Assembly (NCBI GenBank): GCA_965112155.1
Contig: OZ218098.1
Length of the DNA stretch: 64,000 nucleotides
Strand: one strand, 5' to 3'
DNA from: Podarcis liolepis
Lineage: Eukaryota
Positions 33,951 through 48,929 of the stretch are shown one piece after another. Within the stretch, counting starts at the first letter, position 1, and every line of letters starts with the position of its first letter. Under the pieces are notes generated by a model, which saw nothing but the letters and a program-made list of their open reading frames with translations, had not been told where the DNA came from and did not search any database. Both the position numbers and the translations under genes were made by a program.

Positions 33951-35671
33951 GCTTACGCTGACACAACTTGTTAGGCGAACTCCACCCTGTTTCAACAACT
34001 ACCATTATATTGATTCCTTATCTGTATTTTTGTTCAGCGAGCTGAGAAATTATTTCCCATGGCCTTTTCTTGTGATAAATCTTCTGCCTCCCAAAAATAG
34101 CTCAAGTCCTTGAAACATTTTGGCTTCAACAAGCGTGGTATTACTTTCTCTGTTAACATGCAGAATAATGGGAAGAGTATAACTGGGGATTTATTTTTAA
34201 GATGGTTTCAATATTCCTCATCTGTGATAGCATAAAAAACCATTTTTATAGTTGCTGTTTCAAAGCAGCATAGCTGTAACTAGTACATTAAGGCTTCATT
34301 TTTACCAATTAAGAGGTTTTTGTTGTTATTGGTCATGAATGATTGAGATGATCACAGTATTCACATTTTGAGAAATAATCTTTAATTTAGATGACAGTTC
34401 CATTTACTTTCCCTGAGTTCAAGGTAAATTTTCAGCAGCTGCTGTTGTGCTTCTTGTTGATTTGTAAAATTAAAGTATTGCCATACAGCAAATCCGTATT
34501 TCCTGATTGCCCCTTGTCCAAATGTATTTGAAAAGTTAGCGTTTTTCTGCAGAAGCCATGAACCAGAATTTGGCATAGTTTTGCTCTGACATCACATTTT
34601 TGGTTGCTCTCCAAAATCATGCTACCACCAATCTGACTGCACCCAGCATGAATTAAATCCATTCTTTCAGTAACAGGTGTTCATTTTCCCCATCATAAAC
34701 ATTTTGCAGAGCCAATTTAGGAATAAATATTTTACTTGTTCACCTAATTTTTGCAATTTATCACACTTTTCCTCCAAGGAACTCAAGGTGGTGTGCATAG
34801 TTTTCCTCCTCCCCATTTCCTCCTCACAACAACCCTGTGAGGTCATTTAGACTGAGCAGCAGTGACTCGACTAAGGTCACCCAGTGAACTTCCTAACACA
34901 GTGTAATATGTCATGTGTTGTTGCTCATCTGAGGTTGTATTTATCTAATTTTAAGGCCTGCTAGGGACCAATGATTGCTATTATGTCCTGATATATAAAA
35001 CCACAGAATTCAATTTTTTGTGTCATTTCCCCCAATCATTGAGGATAGTTTTTAAGAGTTGGTTCAATTTATTTGTTTAAGGGCTTAAGGTAGAAAAGCC
35101 ACAACTTCTACAAGGTGATGTTTTCAATTTGTGTTGAAGGCTTATCATTTATAAAGGGGGGGGGGGAATCAGATGACTTACCTTTGCTTTGCCTATTTTT
35201 TTGTAGAATCCCTTTGCTTATTAACGTCTGTGTTGTTAATCTCACCAAACTAAGTAGTAGCGGTAGCACCACTTATGCAAGTGTTAATGCAGCTAAATCT
35301 AGATGAGGCCTAGATGGCCAATCACCCTCAAACGCCTTTTTATGTTTAAAACTCATCACCTTGTGAACTTCCTTGTTCATCAAACTCAAAAACAACTTGT
35401 GTTCCGTTCCTTTTGATTCAGGAAGAAGTCTATTATTAGAGTTTCCTCTCCCTTGCTGGGCTTGATAATTAGTACAACCACTTGCATTTAGAAACATGTT
35501 CCATTCTCACTGCAGTGTTCTTATATCTACATGTTCCTGCTCTAAGAAGAGCGACATATAGCTAGATGACTCACTGTGTTGTTCAGGCAAAACTACTGGT
35601 GAGAGCAAACTGTATTCACTGCAACACCTGGGCCAGAGAAAGTTGCCTAGTGTGCGCAAGGAGCTAATGTA

Positions 35672-36042
35672 AAAGGTAAAGGTAAAGGTACCCCTGCCCG
35701 TACGGGCCAGTCTTGCCAGACTCTAGGGTTGTGCGCTCATCTCACTCTATAGGCCGGGAGCCAGCGCTGTCCACAGACACATCCGGGTCACGTGGTCAGT
35801 GTGATGAAGCTGCTCCGGCGAACCGGCACCAGAGCAGCACACGGAAACGCCGTTTACCTTCCCGCTGGTAAGCGGTCCCTATTTATCTACTTGCACCCGG
35901 AGGTGCTTTCGAACTGCTAGGTTGGCAGGCACTGGGACCGAATGACGGGAGCGCACCCCGCCGCGGGGATTCGAACCGCCGACCATGCAATCGGCAAGTC
36001 CTAGGCGCTGAGGTTTTACCCACAGCGCCACCCGCTGGTACT
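35672..36042 (-). mobile_element. Sauria SINE, distinct subfamily, 14-bp TSD
   Basis: TSD AAGGAGCTAATGTA at 35658-35671 and 36043-36056; 3' end GGGCAGGGGTACCTTTACC; CpG-rich, so probably young. Confidence 0.9.
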
Positions 36043-36911
36043 AAGGAGCTAATGTAGAATGTGGCTAATATTAACCACTTTAGAGGTAGTAGACTTGAGG
36101 TGGTAGCATTCTGGAGCGTATCCCTTGATTACAATTGCCAGGGGATGGAGGAACAGGGGCCACATCACAAAATGCTCTCCCATCTACAAAAATGTCCAAC
36201 ATGTAGCAAAACTATTATAGTAAATCACAAAGGCTGCATTAAACCTTTCTACGACCTGCGAGCTTTCGACATGCAATGCTTGTTGTTTTTTAAAAAAGAG
36301 AGCATTAAAAATATGACGGCTACCTCAGGGCTTCCACTAAAGGGGCTGGTTAAGTGAATCCCACTCTGCGTTAACAAAGGAATATACAGCACAGTTCTCT
36401 CAAATTCATGAATACAGTGGATGATTGAATTTTCTTACTGATCCATGCAGGTTTACTTGCATACCGTATATCATTTTATCCTTCCAGAAAAGAGAGCACG
36501 CTGCTAAAGTATAAAACAATCCCTCCTGCAACCCAACAAGGCCAGCAATTAATCGTCTTTATTGCTGCATTTCCCCCTAACTACCAGAACCTTCTTACCA
36601 TTGCATTTTGTCACCTGGCTATTTCTTATTAAGAGGCATTGTTATTTTAGTTCTCAGCTTTTGGGTTGTATCTGGCTCGAATTCAACACAGGACTTGAGA
36701 TCAACATAGACCACCATGAGGAATCTTTCATTTCTGTGCTATTAGAATTTCTCACTTAACACCATAAAATCCTCAAGCTTGCTTTCATTTGTGGCATGCT
36801 ACAATATCCATATTTACAATACCTTTCATTTAGAGAATTTGGTAAAATTTAAATGACATGTGCCGCATAGTAAGAATCAAAGAGAGCAAAAGGTTAAAGA
36901 CTTTAAAAAAG

Positions 36912-36917
36912 TTTATT
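36912..36917 (-). terminator. CHKA: Probable CHKA poly(A) signal (3' UTR about 1.1 kb)
   Basis: Minus-strand AATAAA followed by a U-rich stretch (ccttttgctctctttgattc). Confidence 0.6.
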
Positions 36918-37992
36918 TGTACAATACATGTTAGCAGAAAGCACAAGTCAAATAAGGATGGTAAAAGATATGTTTCTAGAAGCTCTCAAAGTAACATACA
37001 CTTATTGTAAAGTTCACGTATATATTTTAATGTCTTTTCTGCACAAGAAACATCCACTTAGCTGATGGGGAAAGCAGCAGGGTTTTAAACAAGGAGCCGT
37101 GTGCCCCCACAAGGCACCAGCATGCCACAATTGGTCAAATGTTCCTCGCTTGCTCCCCGTCTCATTTGCCCCTCTCTTCCTCCCTCAAGCCAGAGAGGGG
37201 CAGGTAGAGGAATTCAAGGCACTCATCCCAGTGCTGCCTGCACAGGGAACATCCTGTACAACAATGCAATACTGCAGGACTGTTGCTGGGCAGTGAATGC
37301 ACATCCTTGGTCAGAGATGTGGAATGAACTAATCGGACAGCAATTCGTGCGTTCCAGTTGGAGATGCAGCTGTTGTACCTTGTTCTACCGAGATATCAGA
37401 ATGTGAAAGCTACCTTAGTCTGCATGGAAAGAAGCCAGAATGCACCCTTTCGTTGGTTTTTAGCCATTATGTTTTAGTGTTAGTTCACCAGTAGTTTTCT
37501 GGAGATGAATGGCTTGACCTATCCCATAAGAACAGCCTCTGTTCAAATGGGTTTTCAGCCAAAATTCACAGTATATCAACTTCCCCTAAACAGAATTGTG
37601 GTTTTCCCATTGATGCTAGAAATGTAGAATGCATTAAGATAATTTGATAAAAATATCTTACTTAAAATAGGTACCCACAGTTAACACTGTTTACTCTTGA
37701 AGTATGGGATGGTTCACATTAAAACTCAAGGTTTCCCTCATAATACCTTCTAGATTAAAAGCTTGATATTGCACTGTTATATTATACTTCAGCTGTCAAT
37801 TCTCGTTCCAAGGACTTATGAAACTGTAAAAAAAAAGTAAACTTAGCCATTTTGTGCAGTCTTCAGCATTGCATCCGAGTAGTTGGAATTTGCAAAACCT
37901 TCATTACAACTACAGTAGCCTAAGCACAGTGGAATTTCTGCCCAGCTGCCTTCCTTATACAGTACAGAAACAGATTGTCCAGTCTTCAACCC

Positions 37993-38052
37993 TCACACTT
38001 TCAGCTTCCTCTTTTGGTCGAAGTAGGCATCAAATCTTGAGAGTGCATAGTC
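37993..38052 (-). CDS. CHKA: CHKA exon 12, coding part with stop
   Basis: DYALSRFDAYFDQKRKLKV-TGA. Confidence 0.95.
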   Translation of the reverse strand, partial: DYALSRFDAYFDQKRKLKV

Positions 38053-38976
38053 CTAAGTGACGTAAAATATTATCGTTGAGTCATTTTGTATTCTGTCCTA
38101 ATGCCAGAGCAATTAAAGAATGCCAAACTATCACATTTCGCATGAAATACCAGAAACCTGCCTTGAATGCAGCTGTCACATATGTTAAATCTTTACTGAT
38201 ACAATATGGATGCAAAGGATAACTACATTTACATTTCCACTCAAAGTCTTGTCACTGAATATTACAGGCATATTTTTGAAAATAAGTCAAAGAGCAATAA
38301 TAAGATGGGAGAAATCAAACTGATGAGATAACTGAAGCAAGGCATCTGTAATGTCGATGGACAGCTCTTTGGGGTGTTAAGAGCAGCATCCATAAAGGCA
38401 GGGATGGTGAGCCTCTGGGTCCAGTGAATATTTTTATCTGGACAGTTAGGCCTTCCCTCCCCAGGCCTCCCCACCCCTCCAGACTGTGTCTGGAGAGACA
38501 CCTGTCTCCCTGGCCAGCTCAGAAATGCAGCAAATTCAGGAGACTTTAACATTTTTCTCTCTCCACTCGTGTTAAAACTAGAGCAGGCATCCCAAATCTG
38601 CAATTTACAGTGGGAAAAACCTACCACTAGAACAAATGGGAGCTCTCTCCCCCAATGCAAATTACAGGGGGGGAAGTATTATCTACCCACCCATCCCAAA
38701 TCCATTCATGTTTATGTGCATGCACACCTGTGCCCTCCCCACTTTTGCCTCTGGCAAATTATGCCTGAGGGAATGTGGCTCTTTTGTGGAGGAAGTTCTT
38801 GCCCCTTCATTAAGGTCTTGTATACACTACCTACTCCAGTATTGCACCAACAAAGATCAGTCCTGGCTGACTGGCAGTTAGACTGAATGATGTACAAACA
38901 TAGGCTTGGTAGGGTATAATTATCAGGTAGAGTAATCTATATTTCATGGACATAGTAATCACACCGCTGAGCATTA

Positions 38977-39171
<195 letters not shown>

Positions 39172-39289
39172 CTAGGATTTGTTACATCAACAGCATGCTC
39201 ATTTCAACCATACAGAATACATAAGAAATGCAACTTCTCAAGGAGGACAACTCCGGATGCGTTCTCACTCTGCCTCCGGAGTGGTTTGT

Positions 39290-39820
39290 TTATTGTAGAA
39301 AACTTATGCTCTACCCTTCCAGTACATATGCACTACTCAAGGCAGCTTCTAACAGCTAAAACCACAGTCATAAAAATAAAGTAAAAGCATGAAAAACAGA
39401 AATCAGGTTCATAGAATCGTAGAATGGTAAGAGTTGGAAGGGATCCTAAGGGTCACCTATACCAACCCCCTGCAATGCAGGAATCTGCCATGCAGGTTCA
39501 GCAGATAAACGTTCTAAAAGTGAGGGTCCGTCCCCTAAAACTCTCATGCCCAGCAAGACAAATGCTTACCAGGACAGGGAACCTTTAACCAGTCATTGAA
39601 AAAGCAGGATGTCCAAATAGATCTCATGGGGAAAGGTACTCTAAAATCTGGGTGCAGTCACTGAGAAAGCCCTCATGCCAACCAATGTTACCTCAGCCTC
39701 TCCACAGAAGGGCCTCTTAGGGCACAGGAAGGCTGGAATGAGAGAAAATGCCCCCTAAGGTATCCTAGAACCATCATTTAGGGCTTTCAAGATCAACAAC
39801 AATACTTTGAATTGCTGTTT
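39290..39820 (-). mobile_element. Old L2 fragment with a CR1-tailed insert at about 39409-39485
   Basis: Degenerate L2 3' motifs; CATAGAATCGTAGAAT..GAGTTGGAAGGGATC insert. Confidence 0.5.
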
Positions 39821-40174
39821 AGAACTAAAAATGTCCCTGAGTGAATGCTTTTTGTGATTTTAACCATTGCACCCTGAACCCTCTGCTTCAGTTCTAGGAA
39901 ATGGGAGTAGCTGTTCTCAAAGCAGGCAGCAAATGAGCTCCACCAGTCAGGACAAATGATTATGGATAATATTCCATATGGGTCCCCACTTGTCCTACTT
40001 TAAGGATATATAGCTTCTAGATGTTCATTGCTTAAAATTAACCATTTCAGAGCACAGTCTAGATTAAACACTGCTAAGATTTCTTAAGGCAGCATGAACA
40101 ATTTACATTTTCACTGAAAGCAAAATTCAGCAACAGGATCACATACTGTAAATCCAGAATGAAGACAGAAGTTA

Positions 40175-40315
<141 letters not shown>

Positions 40316-41389
40316 TCAAGTCATTTGGGCAAATAGGTATTTTCAGCTATTAAATCAGTGGCACGGTTCCAAAGAAGTTTTAATACCTGCAGTCACATTT
40401 GTTTTTAGCTAAGTATTGGTCCTAGTAGAGTTTTGTATTCCAGTTTTGCTTTTAACAAATTTCCATGAGGCCAAACAAGTTGCTCAGTCTTTAAGATTGT
40501 GGGATGCTCATCCCAGAGAGGCTCACCTGGTGCCTTTGTTACATTATTTTTAGGCACCAAGCAAAAGCACACCTTTTCTCCCAGGCCTTTGGCTAAATAA
40601 ACAATCTATGGCTTTTATGCTGGAGTGGTTATTGTTTTCGTTTCTTACTAAGTTATGTATTTTTGTGTTATACTGTAAACCAACCTGTGATCCTTGAAGG
40701 GTGGTATGGAAATTTAATTACCATATTTTTTTGTGTATAACCTGACCCCATGTGTAAGACAACCCCTATTTTTGGGATCCCAAAAGTAAGAAATTCATCA
40801 CTAATTTTTTTCCATAAAAAAGGTCATCGTATATGGAAAAATATGGTAATAATAATAATCTAAATGTGATTTAGTGTTATAGTGGCAAAACAATTACTAA
40901 CTGGCCATGTATAAAATGGGACATGAGTACTGAAGTTAACAAAAGATATCCTGTATGTAATAAACATTGCCTCCAACTCTAGATGCTCTTTAAGCAAACA
41001 CTGAAATTCAGAAACTTTATTACAGAGGACTTGGGATTTTGGGACTACTGTGGGGCAACATGAACGGCTGCTACTGAGGTCATGTTATAAAATTTTACAA
41101 TGTCGAAAAAATTGAGTATGACAAGTTGTAAAGTTAAAGCGGAAGATACAGCAAATTATGTTTGCCTATCAGTGAAATGGACTTTGGCTACATAATAAGA
41201 CTTCGCCCTTGCATGCCCCTCAAAACCTGCTTGGGGTTGGGTGGCACTATAGAGCAGACTTTGAGGGACCTGCAAGCGGCAGGAGTGGAAGGGGAAATCC
41301 AGATGTACGATTAGAAATCTGCTTGTGCAACATTGGCTTCACTGGCTACAATCACCCACAGACTAAGCTCTGAAATGAAATCCCTTTCA

Positions 41390-41605
<216 letters not shown>

Positions 41606-42834
41606 TTAAGCTTTGCAAAAAAAACCAGAAACACATTCTATTGCTTGTTCCCAGATTAACATTTCATGGCTCCTCATTACTGATCCACAGACACAGAAAT
41701 CCATGTCACATATACTAATAACAAGTTTCAATCCAATATCTGAGATCAGGTTGCTCCTAGAAGCTATTTTTTTGCAAATACGATTACACAGTAAATGTGG
41801 GTAGATGTTAAAGAATCCCACCTTCTAACCACAAGCAAAAGTGAAAACTTTGGAATGAGGCTTAGGCATGTCTCTGCTGTGCAGGAGGTAAAGACCAGAC
41901 ATTCACTAAGAATTCACTGCATAGGTCATTTACAGTACAATGGTATAGGGTTTTTTTTAGGAGCAGCATTCAAGTGGCATCATTATTACCACCAATTTGA
42001 TTGTTCCCAATGTGTTTGGGGAAGGGAGATCACAGTACAATGGCAGAAAAATTATTGCTACCATCTCACACACACCTAATTTTGAGAAGCTTGCAGATGC
42101 CATTTAGCATCAAATATCACATTAGTCTAGGCCAGTATTGTTCAACTCTTACTCCAGGGACGTTCACCTGGCACCATCATTATATATCTTTAGGCTCCAG
42201 GCAAAAACTTTCCTCTATAATGAGGTCTTTGGTCATTAACTATCTGTGACCTTTTGGAAGTGAGGAGGATGTTTTTAATGTATTATTTTTTCCTCTTGGT
42301 TTAATGTATCTCTGTTGAGGCTTTAAGTGGCTTTGGGTTACTTTATGCAAGATAAAGCAACAAGCAAATTTAACCAACAAACAACTGCTGTAACTGAAAA
42401 TACAAACAAGTGAACTGGGGATGTTATACATGTAAAGCATGAGCTTTACCATAAACATTATCAGTGGATGTTATTTCCATTTGTAACAACACCAGTAAGT
42501 TAGCCAGGTACCGGCGAGACAGCATGTTAGAAGAAAACAAAATGCTGCAGCTACATTTTACTAACTGAAAGCGAGTACGTACAGGCAATTTTTAATGCTA
42601 CTGACTAGCATAAACACAATCAAAATATATCTAGCAAAAACTTTCAAAATCCTTCCAGTATTTAGCAAAGTAGTCTGATTTTCAAGCATTAGATACAAAC
42701 ACAAAGTTATTTTATTAAACTTGGGAAACACTGGAAATCTCAATAAATCAATAAACGGCTAAGTACAGAAATATAGTTGAGGAAAACTAAGATGGAAATT
42801 TCGTTTTTGGAAAAATACAAAGGTCCAACGTTTA

Positions 42835-42990
<156 letters not shown>

Positions 42991-43301
42991 TCAACTTAGG
43001 TTCCATTTCTTGTGATGGGATATTGGCAACTTGCTGTACAACAGCACTGTCCATGCCGTATTATTTTATCACAGTATACAATATAAGCAGGGGCTATTGT
43101 ACAAAGTTGATTTACTTTAATACAGCCCAGATTTTTCTTCACTGTAACCTGCAAGTAATGAAGATACAACATGGTTTGCATCACTACTTAGCCTGTCTCA
43201 CTCCAGCCTTAAGACCTTTCCCCAGTAAAAACCAGTTCTAGATTCTAAACAGAATATTCCTTCAATTATGATATGGTATTTATCTCAAACTAATGACTTT
43301 A

Positions 43302-43487
<186 letters not shown>

Positions 43488-44445
43488 TTAAGCAGTAAAA
43501 GAAAAGCAAGAAAAGTGTGTTGAAAGTGTACGGCAAATAAGAATATTTTTCAGCTCTCTGCTGCCTACCGCCACTGAAGAACCTCAGGAGCAGACATTAC
43601 AACTCTTCTCAATCAAAACTCCTCAAGCTGTGTGTCCACTAAAGCTGCTTTTTCCTGTACCTACTCCTACCCCAAGGAAAAGGCAAAGCACTGCAAATAA
43701 GTGCATTTAGGCACTTGCTGGCTTTCCGTTCCCCCACTCTAGGAACAGCAATGGTCTGTCAGGAGGGCTTAAGAGATTCTAATGTTATCAAATTATTTTT
43801 CTCCTTTTAGAATGTTTATTGTGGATGGTGGGGCAGAGGAACCACGTAGTGCCTCCAGAATTATTATTTTTAACAAGTCTACATTCCGCCATGGAGGCCT
43901 ACTAGAGATTCCTTTACTGCCTGTGTGTGGACAGCGAAGCTGACATTATAATTCATGGTAAGAGTGTCTCTTGTTAAAATATTTCCAAGGAAGAAGCAGC
44001 TTTCATTTCTAAAGCATCTAATCATTTATTTCACTCACTGGAGAACTAGGTTAAAGACTTCTGCTATACCACAGTATGGAACCCAAATTACCTTGACTAT
44101 CTCTATGGATCCAAGTTGCAATGGACAACACTCTGCAGAAGTGACTTAACTTGCTGTAACATTGTGCACAGACCCAATGAACGCTAGACCATTTGACTAT
44201 ATTGGAATTTCATTGTGTGGTGCACTAAAAGGAAACTTCCAAGCTAAGCAATCAAAACACTGTTGTCTGAATCGGCTACAATGTAATTATATACTTAGAT
44301 GTTTAGGAATATCCACTGACAATAATAAAATACAAGACAATAATAAAATGCAAGTTTCTTTAGTTAACGTTATGTTTGACTGAAAATGTCTGCAGTCACT
44401 TGAGAGTTGTAAAGCAAATGAAAATTGTCAAGAGTTAGAACGCTA

Positions 44446-44652
<207 letters not shown>

Positions 44653-45053
44653 TTATAAAGGACTTTCTGGCAACCGCAAATTAGCCCAAGGAAAGATACC
44701 TTCCACACCATAAAAAAGGAGGCAACCTTCCAATAAACCCCTCCTTTGAGCTGAAATAAGTGGCATTAAACTTCATTATACACCTTTAGGCACCAGGCAA
44801 AAACGTTCCTTTTTAACCAGGCCTTTGGCTGATCAGCATCTAATGCCCTTTTTAACATGTGTGGGGTTATATATATATACATATACAGTGTTTTTATGTT
44901 GTGATTTTATGTTGTAGCCACCCTAAGATCTGCGGGTATACAGCGGTATACAAATTTAATAATGTAAGATAACAATTTTTATTTTTATTTTTTTATTAAA
45001 TAAATAATCTCTTAGTTATCTAACATTATAGACAATAAAATTACAATTGCTTA

Positions 45054-45209
<156 letters not shown>

Positions 45210-45567
45210 TTAATTAGGAGGAATACAAGCATTGGAAATTTCAATATCAACTTTATTGTTGAAACAACCAACCAATAATGATAATAACAAATATAAGGAA
45301 CCTAGGAAGTGAGTGGGGTGCACTTTGGTTTCCCACTGCTATAGTTTACCACAGGTTCCTCTACTACTGAGTAGGGTACAGTACACTCTGCTCCACCCTA
45401 ATTAAGAGCTATAAGGAGTTAAATCCAAAAACTGAGACAGCAGCTTCCATTCTCCTTATGCCAAATCAAACTACAGAAAGCTACACACTAGCAGATATCT
45501 CACATTTATCTTTGCTAGCACCACAAGGAAGGACACAGTCCTATTCAGTTACAACTTCCACATACTA

Positions 45568-45696
<129 letters not shown>

Positions 45697-47637
45697 CTAA
45701 AGAAAACAAAGTAACTGAATCAGGTACTTATATAATATATATAATATGAAGGGAGATACAGTTGAGGAGATTAACAAAAAGAGATTTACAACTATCAGTT
45801 AGATTCAGATATAGAATCGGATACAGAATATTGCAGTATTCAAACTACAGTATTGCAAAACGTGCAATAAAAACTGTGTAAGACTTAGATTATGCTATCA
45901 CAGTATTAGAATTTATTACTGGCTACCTGTTGACCAACTGGGTGGGTTGTAATACTAGCTTCCAGTCTAAGAATGAGAACAAGTGGCTTAAAAAATAATA
46001 AATGAGTACTATTTGAGTTTACAAACAAAAGTTCCCTGTTATGAGAGTTAATATGCCTCTTTAAGTTCGTCTAAGCATTCACCAATCTAGTGTCTTCCAG
46101 ATGTTTGGACTACTACTTTCACCAGCCATAAGACCATAGCACAAATCCAGCTGGAAAAGGAACAAACCAGGAGCACACTTTTAAGATACCCCATTATTCA
46201 TTTGCAGCTGCATCTTTTACTGCACTACACCTGATGTTGCATATGATGCCAGGTGGGCAAGAATGGGGAGGAAACAACCTTGCAAGCTAAATAAGGACCT
46301 TTGGCAAGGTAATCTGGCCCATAGGCCACTCACAACTGCTCAAGAGGAAGTCTCCCCCCCCCCAATTTTTAATAGGACCTGAATAGCACCAGCTGATTAA
46401 GAATCTTATTATGTTCAGTCAGGCCATGTACACTGAATACTTTCCTGATTAACCAAAACTATCCAAATCTGTATCTGTATTAATTTCTTAAACTGTAATT
46501 TATCACTAACAGAAAACAGCTGTTTTCATCCTTCACAATATATAGTCAACGAAGACTTGGAATTCTAAATATTTAACTGTTTGTGTTGCGTACTGAATTT
46601 TTGCACTGAATATAAAAATAAAATACAACAATTTAAGCTATGAGGTTGGTTAAAAATTAACCTTGATTTTGCTATTACCTTTGCAGTTCTAAAACTAGTG
46701 ATTACATTAGATTTGGCATACCATATTAATTCCAATCCAATGTATGGTAGCCAGTTTTATACAAAGTAGACCTACAGCACACATTCCACTACACTAAATA
46801 CAAATATATACTGTTCTACTGACCGTCTTTTAAGCAGAATGCTGATGTGATTCATTGAGTGATTCTAGAAATGATGTTTGTAGTCTGCATAGGTTTGCTA
46901 GTTCAAAGAGGCATACTAGAAAGTAAGTACTGCCATATACTTTGGATCCAAGATCAAATTGTTTAGTTCAGATGTACTTCAGTAAAAATATACTAGTTTC
47001 AATTCAGTTTTGTCTTTATCTTATGAATGATTCATTGCACCTTTGGAAATAAAGGCTTTTATAATTACCAATGATTTACTCAAAGAACTCTTGAAAGCAA
47101 TTTGAGAATAAGCTTTAGGCAATGAATGGTGTTAATTTTTAACTTCAAAGTTATTGGACTAATTCAAATGGAGACTTTCAAGGTTAATCCTTCAGTGTTT
47201 TAGTTAGGCATTTACGAAAATGTAGACTCAGGATTCAGAGATAGGATCCATGTTTTAAGTAGTTATTTTAAGATGCATTCTTATTCCTCAAAGGTCTCCC
47301 CCCTATGAGTAATTTGCTTATGGGGGACATGTTGGTAGGCTGCAGTACTTTCTCTGCAGCAGGTCTGTGCTGGATCAGGCAGCAAGTTGCAACCTTTTTT
47401 CTTGAACGGATTTGCTTATGAAGAACTGCTGTACCTTGCAGTGTGAATTACGGTACTACATAATTATATACAAACACAGCTGCAGGGTTACACAATGTGA
47501 CAGGACAGAAGAATAGCCTAGGTCATCTTAGAAGTTTTGCATGCTTTACTGTTAACAACCCTTAAAGCGAATAAATTGTATGAACCCATAGGATGAAGTG
47601 TTACCCCTCAAATCTGTTTACAAATTGTAATATCAGT

Positions 47638-48601
47638 CAGTGGCGTAGCGTGGGTTGTCAGCACCCGGGGCAAGGCAAGTAATTTGCGCCCCCTAACCCG
47701 TGGATTTTGCGGCCCCTAACCCGTGGAGCGCGGCCCCCCAGATGTTGCGCCCGGTGTGGCCGGCCCAGCCTGCACCCCCCACGCTACGCCACTGTAGCAC
47801 AGAACACCATCCCTAATCCTGCAACTGCAAAAAGTTCTGCAACACAGCACAACAGACCGTGCAAAAGGATTGTTGTTGATGCTTTTATTAAAAAAATGTA
47901 AACAACAGCCATCTTTATTTACACTATGAGCTAACTGTCTGAGATGGGTAAAACCAATCCCAAAGGGCCCTTACAAACAGTAGATTATGCTACATTTTCC
48001 TTGTTTAAATCCACAATGTTTTGGTTTTTTTAAATGCACTCTACCTCCCCACCCTTATACCCTTTCCACCCAAGACGTACACCTGATGCCTTTGTCACAC
48101 ATTACATGCACCCAACCCCTTCCCTGCAGTCAGCTAGATTTCCCTCGCAATAAACGTGGGTGGGTAGGTACCGGAGAAGGGAAACCTGAAAAGAGAAAGC
48201 GGCTGCTTTCCTGCATTCAGCCTCAGGGTCTTACTGCCCACCCTGCTCTGTTTCGTTGCTGTGTTTGCTCAAACGGAACAAAGAGCAGGGAAAGCCCCTC
48301 CCCTCCAGGCACAGAGAGAGAGAGAGAGAGAGGCGCCCTCCACGAGTTGTCGAGCTTGGGCAACGGCTGCGCCGCCGACGGCGAGGCGCTAAGGCGCCGG
48401 CTCCCCAGGCTGCAGCGCTTGCATGCCTGGCCGCGCCCAGCTCGCCTCAGTGCAGCGGAAAACAGAAGCAGTGGCGGAGACGACGACCCCCCACCCCAAC
48501 CAAGCCTCGATTGCTTGTCCCTTCCCTCTGGACTCGCGCCCCCCCCAGGTGTTGCGCCCGGTGCGGCTGGCACCCCTGGCACCCCCCACGCTACGCCACT
48601 G
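47638..48601. mobile_element. Compound hAT element (one left end, two right ends, about 750 bp cargo), 8-bp TSD
   Basis: TSD ATATCAGT at 47630-47637 and 48602-48609; TIR CAGTGGCGTAGCG; an extra internal CGCTACGCCACTG ends at 47794 without a matching TSD. Confidence 0.88.
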
Positions 48602-48875
48602 ATATCAGTCATGTGTGTCATGTATTTCCTACTGAAACCTATTTTATGCAGGGGAACCATGCAGACCCCCTAGACTAGAATTACAGAACGTAAGAACCCA
48701 AAGACAGGTGCGGAAAGCACTGTTTTTGAAACACTGGCGCAAACAAACAGGACCTAGACATGAGCAAATTGGGTTTTGTTTTTTTAAAAAAAGCTCTAAG
48801 AGTATAAAAAAGCAAATACATATTGCACTTTATAGCAGCAGCCTGATATGGTAACAAAAAAAAGATAAAACTTAC

Positions 48876-48929
48876 TTGTAAATCATTTTCTTTCTGAGCC
48901 TGTCCAGATCCTCCTTTATTACAGGACCT
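48876..48929 (-). CDS. CHKA: CHKA exon 3 (54-nt cassette, alpha2 insert)
   Basis: RSCNKGGSGQAQKENDLQ, similar to the human 18-aa alpha2 insert; phase 0/0. Confidence 0.9.

Noticed and set aside
26000-36800. Additional protein-coding gene between the synaptotagmin-like gene and CHKA (for example TCIRG1)
   Set aside because: No recognisable exon peptides found; listed ORFs are repeat-derived or random. Small exons or enhancers cannot be excluded by eye.
48186-48234. Minus-strand donor GTAAGA paired with the cargo acceptor
   Set aside because: Would be a 49-nt intron, below the usual vertebrate minimum.
47987-48678. ORFs of 228, 145 and 140 aa
   Set aside because: They lie in GC-rich transposon cargo, are low-complexity and show no transposase or other domain motifs.
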